A stretch of DNA of 64,000 nt from Calditrichia bacterium (GCA_963777955.1 CAVZSQ010000017.1:128001-192000), one strand, 5' to 3'; shown: positions 21,053 to 32,210, counted from the stretch's first letter. Numbers and translations: made by a program. Notes: generated from the letters alone by a model not told the origin.

Positions 21053-22553
21053 TCAGAAGGTCGGAACAGTAATCTGATTGTAAATGTCAATATATTGTTC
21101 TGTCGACATTTCCCAGGAAAAGTCCTCGCGCATTAAGCGTACACGGGTTTCTTTCAATTGATCAGGTTTTTTATAAAGTTTCAGGGCCTTTTTTATACTG
21201 CGTACCAGATCTTTGATATTATGTTTTTCAAAGATAAAGCCGTTCCCTTTATTCTTATCCAGGTCCAGTTCCTGCACAGTTTCAGCCAGTCCGCCGGTCT
21301 TATGCACTATAGGTATCGTGCCATATTTAAGCCCGTACATCTGGATCATTCCGCAGGGTTCATAAAAAGCCGGCATCAACAGGAAATCACTGCCGGCAAT
21401 AACCATGTGCACTACTGTTTCATCAAAAGTCGAATTAAAATTTATTTTGTCCGGATATTTGTTCTGTAAATCCTGAAAATCCTTTTCGTACTTTTTATCG
21501 CCGATACCCAGGACTACAAATTGAATATTAAGCTGCAACAGTACTTTTATTTCTTTCAGAATAAGTGCAATTCCTTTTTCTTCATATAAGGGAGAGATTA
21601 TCCCGATGACCGGGTAATTTTCCTTGTACTTCAAATTGATCCGGGTCAGCAGTGCCTGCTTATTTTGTTCTTTGACCTCAATTTTATCCGGGGAATAAGG
21701 AAATGGAATATACTTATCGCTTGGTGCCGACCAGACGTTGTAATCTACGCCATTCAAAATACCAGAAAATTTAGAGCTGCGGGATTTTAAAAACTTGGAC
21801 ATTCCATAACTGTACTTGTCATTCTCAAAAATTTGCTTGGCGTAGGTTTTCGAAACGGTGGTGATCCAATCTGAAAAATATAGTCCCCCTTTTAACAAAT
21901 TAACATTCCCCGCATCATCTAAAGGTCCATCCTTGGCAGCAGCCAGAGCGTCAAAATCAAGCCCCAGGCCGGGATTCTTTTTTATGATGCCCTGATTCTG
22001 CAAATCATGGATAGTGAAAACAGTTTTGATTTGTTGCAGGAAATCATCATCTTTATAAATGGTTTTCAGATAAATCGGGACAAAAGACTGTTTGCCAATC
22101 ATTGCAATGAATGATGTCCGGTTTCCAGGATAGAATTTTTAAAGTCTCCAGTGCGGCTTTACAAAAATAAGCAAAGCGCTGGGCGTTGTCAGCATACTCT
22201 TTTCCAGTTTTGTTGTCCGTATACAAACCGACCCGGCCAAAATAATCCTGAATTTCCACAAAATATATTTGCACCTTACTATCGGGTAAAAATGCTGATT
22301 TGACATTTACGATTTTAGTTTCTCCATCAATGGTGACCGGGATGTCGCGCAAGCGAATCACTTCACGCAGGATATATTTCCGCTCGTTGATGGTCTTGTA
22401 CTTTGGCATGATCACCCGGATTTCATGATTCTTGGTCTTGATGCTTTTGGGGAAGGAACCCGTTATATCTCCCAAAATAGAAGTTTTAGCAAAAGGATAA
22501 ACCTCTGATGATATATACCAAATTTTTAACTGGTTCATAGTTTCTCCCTGCAA
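21053..22553 (-). CDS. glgA: Glycogen synthase-like GT5 protein, split by apparent +1 frameshift at ~22087; degenerate ADP-glucose motif
   Basis: SEVYPFAK, DNAQRFAYF, IIHCNDWQT, TIHDLQNQG, YEPCG; removing A22087 restores WQTAFVPIY. Confidence 0.75.
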
Positions 22554-22736
22554 GTGTGCATCGAACTGTACAATTTAAAGACTGCTACTCGAAAAAAATC
22601 GACAAGACCATCCTTATACGGGAAACTGGATAAATCTGATTGATCTAGTACAGGTAATTTCATATATATTTCTAAGATAAAGAAAATTAAATAGATATAA
22701 CTTTATAATTTAACAAAATTTACACTGATAATCAAC

Positions 22737-23660
22737 TCATTTTCCTTTCCGCCATTCATTAAGTGCTTTATTGATGAAGCCATCATTTTTGACCAGCATT
22801 TTCTCCACAGTCTGAAGATCCAGATTCGTTATAGCCATAACAATGGCTGATTTGACCTGCCCCCTGGCCTGTTTCAAATAATTTTGTGCCTGTTCATAAC
22901 TGGCACCCGTGGCGGTCATGATAATTTTCTTAGACCTCTCTACCAGTTTTTTACTATTCTGCTGCAGATCGATCATCATATTTTCATACACTTTTCCTGA
23001 TTTAATCATTACGGCTGTGGTTAATATATTTAAAACCATTTTCTGCGCCGATCCCGCTTTCATCCTGGTAGAACCCATGATTACCTCCGGGCCCGGGACA
23101 GGACAAATGAGGATATCAGCTTGCACTTTTATTACGCCTGGTGGATTACAATTTATAAATATTGTTTTCGCGCCACGCTTTTTAGCTTCCAGGAGTGCAG
23201 CTAAGACATATGGAGTACGTTGACTGGCGGCCAGACCACAAACGACATCCCTGGCATTAATATCCCTGTCCCGTATATCGGCAGACCCTTGTTCAGAATT
23301 ATCCTCGCTCCCCTCCTGAGCCTGTACAAGCGAGGCAGTTCCCCCGGCGATGATTCCCTGAATGAGTTGTGGATCACTTCCAAAAGTCGGGGGACATTCT
23401 ACGGCGTCCAGTACGCCGATCCTGCCTGAACTACCAGCCCCGATATAAAATAGCCGTCCACCCTGGCGAAAAGCATCGCAAATCAGCTCTACGGCCTGGA
23501 TGATGTGGGGAATTTCCTGAGCGACTGCCGGTGCGACTTTATGATCTTCCTTATTAATCAGGCGTACGATATCCGCTGTGGTCATAAGATCTATTTCAAG
23601 CGAAGCCGGATTTCGACTCTCGGTGATTAATCCAGATAACTCGGTAAAAATTTCATCCAT
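22737..23660 (-). CDS. murQ: N-acetylmuramic acid 6-phosphate etherase
   Basis: TESRNP, GAGSSGRIGVLDAVECPPTF, GSTRMKAGSAQK. Confidence 0.95.
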   Translation of the reverse strand: MDEIFTELSGLITESRNPASLEIDLMTTADIVRLINKEDHKVAPAVAQEIPHIIQAVELICDAFRQGGRLFYIGAGSSGRIGVLDAVECPPTFGSDPQLIQGIIAGGTASLVQAQEGSEDNSEQGSADIRDRDINARDVVCGLAASQRTPYVLAALLEAKKRGAKTIFINCNPPGVIKVQADILICPVPGPEVIMGSTRMKAGSAQKMVLNILTTAVMIKSGKVYENMMIDLQQNSKKLVERSKKIIMTATGASYEQAQNYLKQARGQVKSAIVMAITNLDLQTVEKMLVKNDGFINKALNEWRKGK

Positions 23661-24333
23661 GATTCTGCTGCCTCCTTACCCGTACGATAAATTTATTCTC
23701 ATCAACATCTGCTGAATTCTGCCACTCCTGATCGGGTCTGAGTATTTCAATATCCTGATTCATTTCTGCCAGCTGATGTAATTCGAGATCGATCTTGCCC
23801 CCTTTCATTACATATAAGGATCCATGGGGAGCCAGAGATTTTTCCGACCAGGCCCAGAGTGTTGCCACGGGTGCAACCGCCCGACTTACAACCAGATTAA
23901 AATGTATTTGCACATCCCGGGGCAAATCCTCAATTCGCGCATTGATAACTTTGCAGGGAATGTCTATTTTTTCGCATAATTCCAATAAAAACAGATATTT
24001 CTTGCGCGATGAATCTATTAAATATACAATTGTTTGAGGGAGTAATATCTTTATTATAATTCCGGGAAAGCCTGAACCGGAACCAATATCGGCGATCATC
24101 ATTGCAGTTTCGTCTCCGATCATACTGGCTATGAAAGCACTGGGCATGACATGTCTTTCATACAAATGATCAAGATCATGCCGCGATACGATATTCTGTC
24201 GCTGTGACCATTCCTTAATTATCGCACAGTACTGATCAATTTTATTCAACTGCCCGGCATTGACCGTAAATTTTTTACCCAGAAAACCTTTATAAAAGCT
24301 GTCCGGCTTGAGATTATGTTTCACGTGGAACAT
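23653..24333 (-). CDS. rsmG: 16S rRNA m7G527 methyltransferase
   Basis: DIGSGSGFPG, VVSRAVA; directly downstream of mnmG. Confidence 0.9.
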   Translation of the reverse strand: MFHVKHNLKPDSFYKGFLGKKFTVNAGQLNKIDQYCAIIKEWSQRQNIVSRHDLDHLYERHVMPSAFIASMIGDETAMMIADIGSGSGFPGIIIKILLPQTIVYLIDSSRKKYLFLLELCEKIDIPCKVINARIEDLPRDVQIHFNLVVSRAVAPVATLWAWSEKSLAPHGSLYVMKGGKIDLELHQLAEMNQDIEILRPDQEWQNSADVDENKFIVRVRRQQNHG

Positions 24334-26191
24334 GTCCTGTCTGTTTTTCTTTTTCCAAATAGACTAATAGCACAGCCAGGTCAGCAGGAGAAATACCAGA
24401 AATTCGGGACGCCTGACCAAAACTGGCAGGCCGGATCTTGCTGAGTTTCTCCTTGGCTTCGCTGGAGAGAGAATCGAGAGAAGAATAGTTTAAAGCAGCC
24501 GGAATAGAATAATCTTCATACCTGGTAAATCTGGCCATCAACTGCTGGTTCCTTTTAATATAGCCGGCATATTTTGTACTGAATTCAACTTCCTGTACTA
24601 CATCATCATTGTATTGAACAGCAAGGTGAGAAAGAATTTCTTTTAATCCTATCTCCGGTCGTTTGATGATCGACTCGATTCGATCAGCCTGCTTCAGCGA
24701 TGGTGCTTGTTTACCAAAACAAGTATTATATTCATCCACACTTATTTTTTTCACAGAAATAAATCGGCGCAAGGTCTCAATTTCAGCGACCTTTTTATCC
24801 AGGCGTGCTCTATCAGCACCATCCAGCAAAGCATATTGAATCCCATATTTGGCCAGACGCAGATCGGCATTATCCTGTCGCAGCGATAATCTGAATTCTG
24901 CCCGTGAAGTAAACATACGATAAGGCTCTGATGTGCTTTTATTGATCAGATCATCGATCAGTACGCCAATATAGGCTTCTGATCTGTCAATTTTCAACGC
25001 TGGCAGCTTTAAAAACTTTGCTGCAGCATTGATTCCGGCAATCAAACCCTGGGCAGCAGCTTCTTCATAACCGGAAGTTCCATTAATCTGTCCGGCGAAA
25101 TAAAGACCTTCAATAAATCTGGATTCCAAACTATAGTTCAATTGATATGGCGGGAAATAATCGTATTCGACTGCATAGCCCAGTCGCACAATTTCTGCTT
25201 TTTCTAAACCAGCAATCGAGCGAATAGCATCTATTTGAGTTTTTTCCGGCAGACTGGTTGAAAATCCGTTTAAATATACTTCAGGATCTGTATACCCTTC
25301 TGGTTCGATAAATAACTGATGCCTCTCCCTTTCGCTAAAACGATCTATCTTCGTTTCAATTGATGGACAATACCTGGGTCCGAGAGATTTTATTTTTCCG
25401 GTGAACAGTGGAGATTGATTGAATCCTTCACGCAGAATCTCATGCGTCCTTTTATTCGTATATGTCATATGACATGGTATTTGTCGCTGAGGCAGGGCTG
25501 CAGTTGAAAATGAAAACGGGGTTGGAGGAATATCCGGCTCCTGCACGCTAAGATTACTAAAATCGATTGAATCCTTGCGGAGTCTTGGGGGTGTTCCGGT
25601 TTTTAACCGTCCCGCTTCTATACCCGCTGAGGTTAATGATTCAGTAATTCCCCTGGCTGGTTTTTCTCCGGCGCGACCTGCAGCAAAACTATTCAGGCCA
25701 ATATGGATAATGCCATTTAAGAATGTTCCGGTAGTTAAAACGATACTATTGCTCAATAATTTTTCACTATTATTCAGGATAACACCCTGAACCTTTTTAT
25801 CCTTTATTTCAAGTCCGCAAACAACAGCCTCAACTATTGAGAGATTCTTCAATAAACCTAATCTGGTTTGGGCAAAAGCAGCATATGACTTCCGGTCCGC
25901 CTGTGCGCGTGGCGACCAGACCGCCGGTCCCCGCGACTTGTTCAGCATTTTAAAATGTATTCCGGTCTGATCGGTGATCCTGGCCATTTCTCCACCCAGA
26001 GCATCAATTTCCCGTACCAGCTGGCCTTTTGCAATGCCACCTATAGCAGGATTACATGACATTAAGCCGATTTTTGTCCGTTCCATGCTCACCAGCGCTA
26101 CCCGCAGCCCCATTCGGGCTGCAGCTGAGCTGGCTTCAATGCCCGCGTGTCCGCCGCCAACTACAATTATATCAAAATCTGTGTTCATCAT
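24314..26191 (-). CDS. mnmG: tRNA uridine-5-carboxymethylaminomethyl synthesis enzyme MnmG (GidA)
   Basis: GGGHAGIEA, MSCNPAIGG, GPRYCPSIE, GQINGTSGYEEAAAQG. Confidence 0.97.
   Translation of the reverse strand: MMNTDFDIIVVGGGHAGIEASSAAARMGLRVALVSMERTKIGLMSCNPAIGGIAKGQLVREIDALGGEMARITDQTGIHFKMLNKSRGPAVWSPRAQADRKSYAAFAQTRLGLLKNLSIVEAVVCGLEIKDKKVQGVILNNSEKLLSNSIVLTTGTFLNGIIHIGLNSFAAGRAGEKPARGITESLTSAGIEAGRLKTGTPPRLRKDSIDFSNLSVQEPDIPPTPFSFSTAALPQRQIPCHMTYTNKRTHEILREGFNQSPLFTGKIKSLGPRYCPSIETKIDRFSERERHQLFIEPEGYTDPEVYLNGFSTSLPEKTQIDAIRSIAGLEKAEIVRLGYAVEYDYFPPYQLNYSLESRFIEGLYFAGQINGTSGYEEAAAQGLIAGINAAAKFLKLPALKIDRSEAYIGVLIDDLINKSTSEPYRMFTSRAEFRLSLRQDNADLRLAKYGIQYALLDGADRARLDKKVAEIETLRRFISVKKISVDEYNTCFGKQAPSLKQADRIESIIKRPEIGLKEILSHLAVQYNDDVVQEVEFSTKYAGYIKRNQQLMARFTRYEDYSIPAALNYSSLDSLSSEAKEKLSKIRPASFGQASRISGISPADLAVLLVYLEKEKQTGHVPRET
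24317..24332. promoter_or_regulatory. parS centromere site
   Basis: TGTTTCACGTGGAACA matches the parS consensus TGTTNCACGTGAAACA on the minus strand. Confidence 0.85.
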
Positions 26192-26194
26192 ATA

Positions 26195-26210
26195 TGTTTC
26201 ACGTGAAACA
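26195..26210. promoter_or_regulatory. parS centromere site
   Basis: Perfect palindrome TGTTTCACGTGAAACA between mnmE and mnmG. Confidence 0.9.
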
Positions 26211-27596
26211 TTACTTTCCGATACAAAAGGTGGAAAATATACGCTCTAATATATCTTCAGTTACAGTTTCCCCTGATATTTCACCGATGGTCTCGCTGGC
26301 CTGCCTTAAATCAACACAGGCGAATTCATACCCTCGCTGTTTTTTTATCACTTTTCTGGCATTGCCTACCTGCTGGTGCAGGTCGTCGAGTACTTTCTTC
26401 TGCCGTAAATTCGTGATAATTAAATCATCAGACAGCCGCTGAGATTCCTGGATAATTTTGTCAATTATAGTTTTCTTTAATTTTTTTATTCCCGTGCCAT
26501 GCAGAGCTGATGTTTTAACGAATGAAAGTCCTGTTTTATTGATCATTTTCAGCAGCTGCGGCCTGGTTTTCAAGTCGCACTTATTAACAACTATGATAAT
26601 CTTTCCGGTGCTATCTGGTACCAGAGATTTAATATTGTCGAATAATTTGACCGACCAGGGCTCCTGGTGGTCAATCACCCACAGCAGAATATCCGAGATA
26701 GCGATCTTCGCTCTGGTCTTTTCGATCCCCTTTCGTTCGATTTCATCGGCTGCCTCCCTCAATCCCGCCGTGTCGATGAGTTTAAAGTGTATATCGTCTA
26801 TAATAATATCTTCATGCACAATGTCCCTGGTTGTCCCGGGAATATGACTGGTAATCACCCTGTCTTCGCCCAACAAAGCATTCATTAAAGTGGATTTTCC
26901 CACATTGGTTCGACCAATAATGGTAACCGTTATGCTGCCGCTGAGCATTTTAGCCTGATTATAACTATCTGAGAGTCGCTTTATATCTGATTCCAGCGAT
27001 TCCAGTCGATTACCGATTTTATCCTCAGATATATTAGCGACATCTTCCTCTTCCGGGAAATCAAGCAAAGCTTCCAACATTGAACGGATCTCTATGATCT
27101 CTTCTTTCAACCGGTCAAGTTTAATATTAAGTTCGCCGTTTAATTGTCTCAGTGAATTTTTTAGTCCCTGACTGGACTTGGTACTGATTAGTTCAGCTAC
27201 AGACTCGGCCTGGGCTAAACTCATTTTACCATTCATAAATGAACGGAAGGTGAATTCTCCGGGTCCGGCCAGCCTGGCCCCATCTTTAAGCAATACTGTG
27301 ATGATGTTGTCAATAATTAATGGATTGGCATGACATGATATCTCGATACTATTCTCACCGGTATATGAATGCGGTGTCCTGAAAACGGATACCAGTACCT
27401 GATCCAGAATCTGTCCTTCATTGTAAATGTTGCCCAGGTGAATCGTATTCCCCGCGGCACTGGTTAAATCTTTCCCGTTAAAACTTCGATTCACCAGGTC
27501 GATGGAATCGCTGCCGCTGAGTCTTATAATGGCAATACTACTTCGCCCTATACCAGTAGCCAGGGCAATTATTGTATCGTGGGTATTTTGCATCAT
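26211..27596 (-). CDS. mnmE: tRNA modification GTPase MnmE
   Basis: GRTNVGKS, PGTTRD, DTAGLR, NKCD, C-terminal FCIGK. Confidence 0.97.
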   Translation of the reverse strand: MMQNTHDTIIALATGIGRSSIAIIRLSGSDSIDLVNRSFNGKDLTSAAGNTIHLGNIYNEGQILDQVLVSVFRTPHSYTGENSIEISCHANPLIIDNIITVLLKDGARLAGPGEFTFRSFMNGKMSLAQAESVAELISTKSSQGLKNSLRQLNGELNIKLDRLKEEIIEIRSMLEALLDFPEEEDVANISEDKIGNRLESLESDIKRLSDSYNQAKMLSGSITVTIIGRTNVGKSTLMNALLGEDRVITSHIPGTTRDIVHEDIIIDDIHFKLIDTAGLREAADEIERKGIEKTRAKIAISDILLWVIDHQEPWSVKLFDNIKSLVPDSTGKIIIVVNKCDLKTRPQLLKMINKTGLSFVKTSALHGTGIKKLKKTIIDKIIQESQRLSDDLIITNLRQKKVLDDLHQQVGNARKVIKKQRGYEFACVDLRQASETIGEISGETVTEDILERIFSTFCIGK

Positions 27597-27605
27597 AGCG
27601 CAAAT

Positions 27606-27637
27606 AAAAAGCCCCTTATATTTATCTGGCAGGGGCT
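27606..27637 (-). terminator. Putative intrinsic terminator between yidC and mnmE
   Basis: Minus strand AGCCCCT-N14-AGGGGCT followed by a T run. Confidence 0.45.
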
Positions 27638-27695
27638 AAGAAGGTAAAATTTTAATTATTGCAATGAATTTATGTTGTACAAATTTAACAGCTGA

Positions 27696-29476
27696 TTATT
27701 TCTTTACCGGAGATCTGACCAATGTCCCCCGGTTATCAATAAATTTCTGCTGCAGGATCGTCCAAAGATTAAACAGTGTATAATATAAATTCAAACCTGA
27801 GGGAAATTGATTGAATAAGAATAACATGAAAATCGGCATCAGATATATCATAGCTTTTTGTTTTGGATCCTGCATGCTCATTTTTGACTGGATAATCATA
27901 GAAACTGACATCAATATTGGCAGAACATTGAATTGATTACCATAGAAAGGTAAACTGAAGGGCAAGATAAAGATAGTGTCCGCCCGGGAAAGGTCGTCAA
28001 TCCAGCCGGGTATAAATGACGCTCCGCGCAACTGTATGGTCGACCTGAACACAATAAACAGGGCTGCCAGCAGGGGAAGTTGTAATAAAACTGGAATACA
28101 ACCCCCCAGAGGATTGACACCGTGCTCCTTGTACAACTCCATCGTGGCTTTTTGCAATCTCTGCGGATCGCCTTTGTATTTTTCTTTCAGTTCCACCAAC
28201 AGCGGTTGAATTTTACCCATCTCTTTCATGGAGCGGTAACTTTTCTTGGTCAGCGGGTATACTACTATCTTGACCAGAATAGAAAAGATAACTATTACCA
28301 GGCCATAATTAGAAATATAGCGATGGAAAAATTCTAACAGATCGACGATCGGCAGACTGATGATCCGGAAAGTCTTTTCATACCCGCCATGGCTGAGCAC
28401 CAACTGGTTCAGGCCGACGTCATATTCGTCCAGAATTGAATTATCGAGCGGACCCAGGTAGATCGTATATGAATCAATCCTGGATTGTTCATCCTTGGAT
28501 ATATTCAGGCTGGTGGTATAGCGTCTTTCGACTACATCATTGACATTAACGCCACGACCGCCAAAAGTCACACTGTTGGTCTGAACATTTCGGGGAATAA
28601 GTGCCGCCAAAAAATATTTTGTCCTGATGGCAGTCCAGGAACATAAACCTGTTTTATTTATTTCCGGCAGTTCCCCTTCTTTGGTGAGATCCTCGCTCTC
28701 CAATTCATCCCCCATACTGGCATAAATCTCGCTGTAGGAAAAATCCTCTACCCTGTTTTCTTCGTTGGCCGGTAATCCGTTTTTCCATATTAACTGATAT
28801 TCCTTATTGAGGAATAATCCCTGCGGATCACTGACTATAAATTGAAGATCCACATGGTAACGGTTGCCGTAGAAAGTGATCTTCTTCTCGATCCGGCTTT
28901 CATTATATGATAGATAATAATTCATCGAGAATGAGCCGTTCTCATCGATCGATACTTTCTCCCGCTCATTTTCAGTGTAAAAATAGAATTGATTGAGTTG
29001 GATCTTGTGGCTCTGGCCCTGCGCGGATAAGAACTGGATATCATATCCATTTTGTAATTCTTCATCAATTATTTTAACCGGCGATTTATCCGATTTATTA
29101 TATCTGGTCAAAGAATAATCATAAATCTTACCCCCGCCCCGGTTAGAAATTTTTACGTGAATCAAAGGGGTTTTAATCTCTGTGAATTTTTCCTGCTGAT
29201 CGGAATCGATATAAATACCCATTCCGGCTAATACTGTCTGTTCCATTCCGTCTTCAGGCTGTGCACTAACACCTGGGCTGACCGCGACTGCAGGTTCTGC
29301 CGGTTTTATTAACGTATCGCTGGTAGTGGCTGCCTGTTGAGTTTCTGGTCTGACGGTGGTGCAGGTGCCTGGAGGTGCGCCTCAGGCGCACCTTTATAAA
29401 TCAGTTGTTGATAAAAGGGATACAAAATAATGATAATGGTGATCAAAACCATTGCCAGGACAGATTTCTTATCCAT
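27696..29476 (-). CDS. yidC: Membrane protein insertase YidC (N-terminal anchor frameshifted)
   Basis: YKEHGVNPLGGCIP, WIDDLS, PSGLNLYY; true start MDKKSVLAMVLITIIIILYPFY at 29476 is out of frame with ORF 27696-29246. Confidence 0.9.
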
Positions 29477-29501
29477 TGTATTATATATCCTATAACAATT
29501 T

Positions 29502-29711
29502 TTATTTAACCAGATCGATGCCGCCCTGGTGGAACGGGTGGCATTTACTGAGCCGGATCAGGGTGTACCAGAGTCCTTTAAATGGCCCATGTTTGGCAAT
29601 GGCCTCGTAACTGTAATGGGAGCAGGTAGGATAGAAACGGCAACTGTTCGGCAGCAGAGGCGACAGCAGCGTCTGATATATTCTGATCAGGCCAAGTAGA
29701 ACAATCTTCAT
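29502..29711 (-). CDS. yidD: Membrane protein insertion efficiency factor YidD
   Basis: [19 protein letters not shown]. Confidence 0.95.
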   Translation of the reverse strand: MKIVLLGLIRIYQTLLSPLLPNSCRFYPTCSHYSYEAIAKHGPFKGLWYTLIRLSKCHPFHQGGIDLVK

Positions 29712-30049
29712 GCTACACCGGATATTTTATCGTTAAGTTCATTCTGGATATCATGAAAGTACGCCCGGGTTTTGTAATGGTAATAGAACACACAATCATT
29801 GTACCGCTTGAATTTGGAGTGGTTATCTTTTAAGTATTTTCTGAGCACGCGCCTGTAATAATTTCGTTGAACAGCATTGCCCACAACTTTCTTGATTATG
29901 ATTCTGATTTTAAGATCCGGGTGCAGTGGATTATTAACCAGGGTGAGGTATCCATATTTCGTTTTTATTTTTATTTCATCTGACCGGGGCGCTGGTACAT
30001 CAGTAGTAAAGACAGTTTCTGCCTTATCCTTACCTGGTGAATTCATCAC
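29708..30049 (-). CDS. rnpA: Ribonuclease P protein component (divergent)
   Basis: [18 protein letters not shown] (RNR motif); position between rpmH and yidD. Confidence 0.75.
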   Translation of the reverse strand: MMNSPGKDKAETVFTTDVPAPRSDEIKIKTKYGYLTLVNNPLHPDLKIRIIIKKVVGNAVQRNYYRRVLRKYLKDNHSKFKRYNDCVFYYHYKTRAYFHDIQNELNDKISGVA

Positions 30050-30182
30050 TGACAGTAAGTTTTTTTCTTCCTTTGGCCCGCCGGCGCGCTAATACAGTCC
30101 GACCGTCCTTACTGTTCATTCTTTCCCGGAATCCATGCTTGGCTTTTCTTTTACTATTATTTGGTTGAAAGGTTCGTTTCAT
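30030..30182 (-). CDS. rpmH: 50S ribosomal protein L34 (not in ORF track)
   Basis: Manual translation [50 protein letters not shown]. Confidence 0.97.
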   Translation of the reverse strand: MKRTFQPNNSKRKAKHGFRERMNSKDGRTVLARRRAKGRKKLTVSDEFTR

Positions 30183-30220
30183 TGGTTATCCTTTATTTAT
30201 ATCGATATTCAGAGCCTGTA

Positions 30221-30249
30221 AAATTACAATTTTTCTTCTGCAGAGTCAA
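30221..30249 (-). promoter_or_regulatory. Putative sigma70 promoter of the rpmH operon
   Basis: Minus strand TTGACT-N17-TAATTT. Confidence 0.5.
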
Positions 30250-30269
30250 TGGTTTATTGCTCTTATAAG

Positions 30270-30525
30270 GGACAAAGAGACGGAGGGACAAAGGGACAAA
30301 AAAAGGCACTAAGGTACTAAGAAAAAAATCCCTGAGCACCTTAGTACCTGAGTTCCTGATAAATAAACCAGACCTTGTCATCCCGGGCATGTCGAAGACC
30401 TGGCGCAGACACGACTCGACCTATCTGTTGCCAAGCATACTTTGTCTGTAGGTGGGGTGTGCAATAAGGAGAGTAGAAGTAAATGGTAAAGAAATCCTTT
30501 TGATCCCTTTATCCTTTGGCCTTAT
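30270..30525. repeat. Composite intergenic repeat island
   Basis: GGGACAAA/CTTAGTAC-type 8-mers, GTCATCCCGGG REP (30375-30411) and TGGTAAAG/TCCCTTTA units. Confidence 0.7.
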
Positions 30526-30528
30526 TAT

Positions 30529-31545
30529 TCATAAATCAATTCTCTTTAATTCTTTAATCTTTATATCATAACTCCAGAAACTGGAATCACTTTTCATGAA
30601 TAATAAGGGAGCAACAGCACTGGCATGAATTAGTTTTATATCACTCAGTTCCTCGATACACATTGGTTTATTCTGGCATATATATTCAGATTGATTCGAA
30701 TCCCACGCAATCAAACCCCAAAACCAGACAGTCCCATCGTTCTTCAGGGCCAGGCAGCGCGAACCGTTCGCTGATATGGCTATCACATCCGTAAGAGTAT
30801 CAATCTTTGACGGAATTGGATTATTGTTAAAAGTCCCATTCCCTAGTTCGCCACAGGGATTAATCCCCCAAGTCCAGACCGTATTGTCATTTTTTAATAC
30901 TATTGAATGGCTTATGGGATTATTCTGCAGATCTTGAACATCACTAATTTCCTCACTACTTAATCCACCATTTTCCGGCCCACGCCAGGCGCGATCGGGA
31001 AATTCACACAAGTCACCGTTATTCTGAAGCGCCAGGTTACCGGAGATTTTTTTAATATTAACCATCCCGCCGATCATTTCAGGATCCTGATATTTTGTCG
31101 GATCGATATAATCCCAATCTATTCTCCAAACCGTTCCACTCTCTTTCAATAATTCCACTCCTGCGCCTGCTATTTGTAATTGCTTTATCCCGTTTAAAAA
31201 TGAAATTTTTTGTGGCGTCAGTATGGTCGGAGTAACAGAACTCGAACTCATATGATTACCCCAGAACCAAATATTGCCTTCCTGGTCAGCGGCATTGGCG
31301 GCTCCGTATGCGAAATCAAGTGTAACAATCTTTTTCAGATTTATTACTTGTACGGGTTGTTCGCCTGGAATCATTGTTCCACTGCCAAGTTGTCCGCTTA
31401 AATTACGTCCCCAAGTCCAGAGGGTTCCATCAGACTTTACGATTGCCTCATCCACGTCGGATTCAAGTATAACCGGGAAAACTTTAGTTAGGATTCAAGT
31501 ATTCGGTAGGATGATTACAACCAACTAATAATAAAATCATTAAAA
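30529..31545 (-). CDS. RCC1-repeat beta-propeller lipoprotein (signal region frameshifted)
   Basis: Repeats DGTLWTWGRNLSGQLG, DNTVWTWGINPCGELG, DGTVWFWG; upstream out-of-frame segment MILLLVGC (lipobox); 5' end approximate. Confidence 0.75.
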
Positions 31546-31785
31546 ATAGAAAGTGCTTTTGTTTAAAGGAAGTGAATTTTTTCCAGGAAGTCGGTATACA
31601 CAATGTTTTAGAATATATAATCATTGTGGCCTAATTCGTTATAAAAAATTAATGATTACGTCTAATCGTGGATTAATAGCAACCATAAAATAGGTATAAA
31701 CTAGGCAGACATCAAATAATTTAATATGTATTGTTCCTAGTCAACATAGAAAATAACAAACCATTTAGATAAAAGGTAACGATTA

Positions 31786-31862
31786 CTTTGGCGAATCATT
31801 TGCGGTTAAAAAAAGATAAAGCACTACACAAAGAGGCAAAGGTATGCGCAGGGATCGCTGAG
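31786..31862. repeat. CGCAAAG-family hairpin element (degenerate)
   Basis: tttgcggttaaaa...cacaaagaggcaaaggtatgcgcaggg, similar to 4156-4232 and 52804-52902. Confidence 0.55.
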
Positions 31863-31949
31863 ACTACCCGAAAACACCTTTTGATTACTTAATTACTTTT
31901 TGCCGGATTACTATAGTTTCTTTCTTTGCCTCTTTTTCCCTTTACCCTT

Positions 31950-32200
31950 TTTGTACATATTTTATTTGATTAGTATCATGTTAATTACCTGTTAATAATA
32001 TTTTTTTTACTTAAAAATCCGGTTTATTCACCGCTACTCTTTAGATGTAAACAACCTCCTGTCAGTATTTTTAGGGGGGTAACAACATAAATTACAGCAC
32101 TTATAAATGTTATTAACATACTAGCTCAGATAAATACTACAACTATATTATATTTCAATTATTTATATACTATAATTTATCTTGAAATAGAGTGATCTTT
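31950..32200. other. Candidate chromosomal replication origin (oriC)
   Basis: AT-rich region upstream of dnaN; DnaA-box-like TGTTAATAA (31990), TTATTCACC (32024), TTATTAACA (32110); trio-like ATACTACAACTATATTA (~32134-32150); gene-strand switch; nearby parS. Confidence 0.55.
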
Positions 32201-32210
32201 TCAGTAATTT
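32182..32210 (+). promoter_or_regulatory. Putative sigma70 promoter of dnaN
   Basis: TTGAAA-N17-TAATTT; GGAGG SD before ATG 32241. Confidence 0.5.

Noticed and set aside
30193..30390. 65-aa ORF upstream of rpmH
   Set aside because: Translation of repeat DNA (VPFFVPLSLRLFVP) overlapping the rpmH promoter
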